Shown here: positions 62,244-64,000 of the stretch, piece by piece
Layout of the letters: each line of letters opens with the position of its first letter
Numbering within the stretch: the stretch's first letter is position 1
NCBI GenBank assembly: GCA_964363345.1
Contig: CAYIHY010000002.1
Coordinates: 761-64,760 of the forward strand
DNA: 64,000 bases
Reading direction: 5' to 3'
Source of the DNA: Candidatus Woesearchaeota archaeon
GTDB lineage: Archaea; Nanobdellota; Nanobdellia; Pacearchaeales; GW2011-AR1
Notes under the pieces: model-generated
The model's input: the letters and a program-made list of their open reading frames with translations, nothing else
Told to the model about the DNA's origin: nothing
The model's database searches: none
Translations under genes and position numbers: made by a program

Positions 62244-63782
62244 TTATTTTCCTCTTCTTCTAACTACTACCAAAACTATTGTTCCAGCAATAACAATCAT
62301 TAAAAATAAAATTGCAGGAACTCCTGCTCCTGAATTTATAAGTCCAGTAACTGCTCCAGTAAGGAAACTAAAAAAACCTTTATTATTTGGGGTTTCAGTT
62401 GTTGTCGGAGTTTCACTGCTCAATGGAGTTACTTCATTGTTTATCTTAACATTGTTAACACTTTGAAGGGAATTATTTTGCACAATTCCATCTCCTCCAG
62501 AACTTCTTGAGAAAGCCGTTGATTCTCCAATCATAAATATTGAAAAGTGAGGTGTTGTTGCGGTATAAGTATACTCAGTTGCAGTTTCACCATCGTAATG
62601 TGTTGTAAGTTTTGTCCAACTTGTTCCTTCCCACACATATAAGTTTATCCTATCTTTATTAACCCCCTCTTTATTAATTGAAAAAGAAATTTGTGCTGCT
62701 CCTGAAGTTGGTTGATTTCCGTTTGTATCTATAACTAAGTATTTTAATCCTTGAGTGTGACTTAAAGTATTTACATCTGCAGGCTTAACATCAGAAACTT
62801 GAATTTCAACAAGAGTTCCTGTTGGAAGCCCAACAATAGAATTGATTATTTGTTTAACTCCAAAATCAGATGGAACATAAGTATTGCTCGTTGTTGTTTC
62901 TCCAGCTTCATTAACTATTCCGCTTAAAACAAGAGTAATTGTTTTTGTTATTGGAGTTGTATCTCCAGTTAAGGGAGTAATTGTTACGGGTATTTGATAA
63001 GTTCCGTCTTGGAATGCTAAATTATTAAGGTTTACACTTACATCGTAATCTGTGTTTTCTAATACTGCATTAGTAAATTCTATTTCACTAACACTATAAC
63101 CTAATTCTTGCAACACAGGAAGGTAATCTGAAAGTGAAATTGATGGAAGAAGATTCTGCTCTATAACATTTTGAACATTCATAGAATTAACCCCTCTTGT
63201 TATTGCTTCGCCTATTTGATTTTTATAATAACCTTGAACATTTCCAAATCCGCCATCATATCCGAATGTGTAAGTAATTCCATTTTTAACGAAATAAGAA
63301 TTTCCCTGTACCGGAACCGGAAGAGGAGTTTGTAAAGCTAAGTTTGTAAGCACTTGACTATCTTGGGTAACTTCCCCAGTAAAGGTAGATGTAGAAATTT
63401 GATTTAATAATAAATTTAATAGTGCTTTCTCAGAACTAAGGACTTCTGGAAAAATTTCTAATGAAGGAGTACTAGAAATACTAACTTGTGAAAATACTGG
63501 AAAAGTTGAACCATCGCTTAAATCCATTCTTAAATTAATTCCATTTAATATTCCAGAAATAGGAACATTTATTGTAGAATATCCATTGAAAGGAATAGGT
63601 AATTGAATAACTTGATTATCAAAGCTTAATCCAGCAGTATTCATAGAAAAAACGCCAGTAGTAGAATCTTGAGTCATAGTTATAGTCAAATCACTGCTTG
63701 ACATAAATTCTTGCAATGGTGTTGCACTTACAAATCCGATTAATAAAATTGCTGAAACTAAAAATAAAAATGTTTTGTTCAT
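62244..63782 (-). CDS. Surface protein with a PGF-pre-PGF-like domain, a Thr/Pro linker, a C-terminal TM and a basic tail
   Basis: 512 aa. Signal FLFLVSAILLIGFVSA. YVWEGTSWTKLTTHYDGETATEYTYTATTPHFSIFMIG resembles the archaeal PGF-pre-PGF domain. C-terminus is SSETPTTTETPNNKGFFSF...VPAILFLMIVIAGTIVLVVVRRRGK. Confidence 0.6.
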   Translation of the reverse strand: MNKTFLFLVSAILLIGFVSATPLQEFMSSSDLTITMTQDSTTGVFSMNTAGLSFDNQVIQLPIPFNGYSTINVPISGILNGINLRMDLSDGSTFPVFSQVSISSTPSLEIFPEVLSSEKALLNLLLNQISTSTFTGEVTQDSQVLTNLALQTPLPVPVQGNSYFVKNGITYTFGYDGGFGNVQGYYKNQIGEAITRGVNSMNVQNVIEQNLLPSISLSDYLPVLQELGYSVSEIEFTNAVLENTDYDVSVNLNNLAFQDGTYQIPVTITPLTGDTTPITKTITLVLSGIVNEAGETTTSNTYVPSDFGVKQIINSIVGLPTGTLVEIQVSDVKPADVNTLSHTQGLKYLVIDTNGNQPTSGAAQISFSINKEGVNKDRINLYVWEGTSWTKLTTHYDGETATEYTYTATTPHFSIFMIGESTAFSRSSGGDGIVQNNSLQSVNNVKINNEVTPLSSETPTTTETPNNKGFFSFLTGAVTGLINSGAGVPAILFLMIVIAGTIVLVVVRRRGK

Positions 63783-63869
63783 TTTCTTATATTGTGTATT
63801 TTTGAGGGTATTTAAATTTATTTGTTGACTGAGCTGTAAAGTAAGAGGGTGTTGTTTTGCTCAAAAAAA

Positions 63870-64000
63870 TTAACTTTTCTTGATTGTCAGTTTTTTATCT
63901 TTAATTTCTGTTTCTAAATCTTGCCCTTCTTTCCATTCTAGTTCTTTAATTGTTTCAGGAGGGATAACAATAACCCACTTAGCATATTCTGTATTTCCTA
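63870..64000 (-). CDS. C-terminal fragment of an AbrB/SpoVT-like (swapped-hairpin) domain protein; the gene starts beyond the window
   Basis: Absent from the ORF track because it is truncated. Hand translation: ...GNTEYAKWVIVIPPETIKELEWKEGQDLETEIKDKKLTIKKS*. The pattern V-IP-x-x-I-x-x-L-x-W-x-x-G-x-x-L is typical of AbrB/MazE-type domains. Confidence 0.35.
   Translation of the reverse strand, partial: GNTEYAKWVIVIPPETIKELEWKEGQDLETEIKDKKLTIKKS

Noticed and set aside
1-64000. tRNA/rRNA genes, IS elements, integrases, prophage or cas genes anywhere in the window
   Set aside because: Reading the intergenic regions and the ORF translations showed no cloverleaf-like GC-rich ~75-nt segments, no DDE, tyrosine or serine recombinase motifs, and no capsid, terminase or Cas-like proteins. 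Absence by eye is not proof, so tRNAscan-SE/Infernal and HMM searches should confirm it.

Overview
AT-rich (about 30% G+C by eye) archaeal contig with tightly packed genes that often overlap by ATGA. The gene content is exosome Rrp4/41/42, proteasome alpha and beta, Rpo6/RpoK, Pop5, SBDS, aCPSF1, archaeal RNase J, class I CCA-adding enzyme, RtcB plus archease, Mre11/Rad50 and archaeal class III-signal pilins. Together with several very large Cys/Thr-rich surface proteins, this suggests a small-genome, probably DPANN-like archaeon (inference). Layout: 1-7.6 kb exosome/proteasome superoperon (minus strand). 8.2-10.8 kb RNase J and a methyltransferase. 10.7-16.1 kb a tandemly duplicated two-subunit 2-oxoacid:ferredoxin oxidoreductase, with a GNAT gene inserted in one copy. 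16.1-20.0 kb mre11-purN-rad50. 20.1-26.3 kb a complete Preiss-Handler NAD salvage operon (pncB, pncA, radical SAM, frameshifted nadE, bacterial-type nadD, Nudix, nadK, NrtR-like regulator). 26.3-35.6 kb housekeeping genes (psmB, aCPSF1, presenilin-like protease, TrmB regulator, CCA enzyme, GTPase triad). 35.7-46.2 kb an accessory island with two ~850-aa surface proteins, HEPN/MNT and RelE-type toxin-antitoxin pairs, an unassigned three-gene cassette and a secreted HExxH lipoprotein. 46.3-49.5 kb rtcB to archease. 49.6-58.0 kb a type IV pilus-like locus (ATPase, split platform protein, seven pilin-like genes). 58.1-60.7 kb a P-type ATPase. 60.9-61.2 kb an ORF-free, GC-enriched candidate structured RNA (possibly SRP RNA) with a duplicated 3' end. 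61.3-64.0 kb hypothetical proteins and another surface protein. I recognised no tRNA, rRNA, CRISPR array, transposase or integrase. All protein calls rest on motifs read from the supplied translations. No searches were run.
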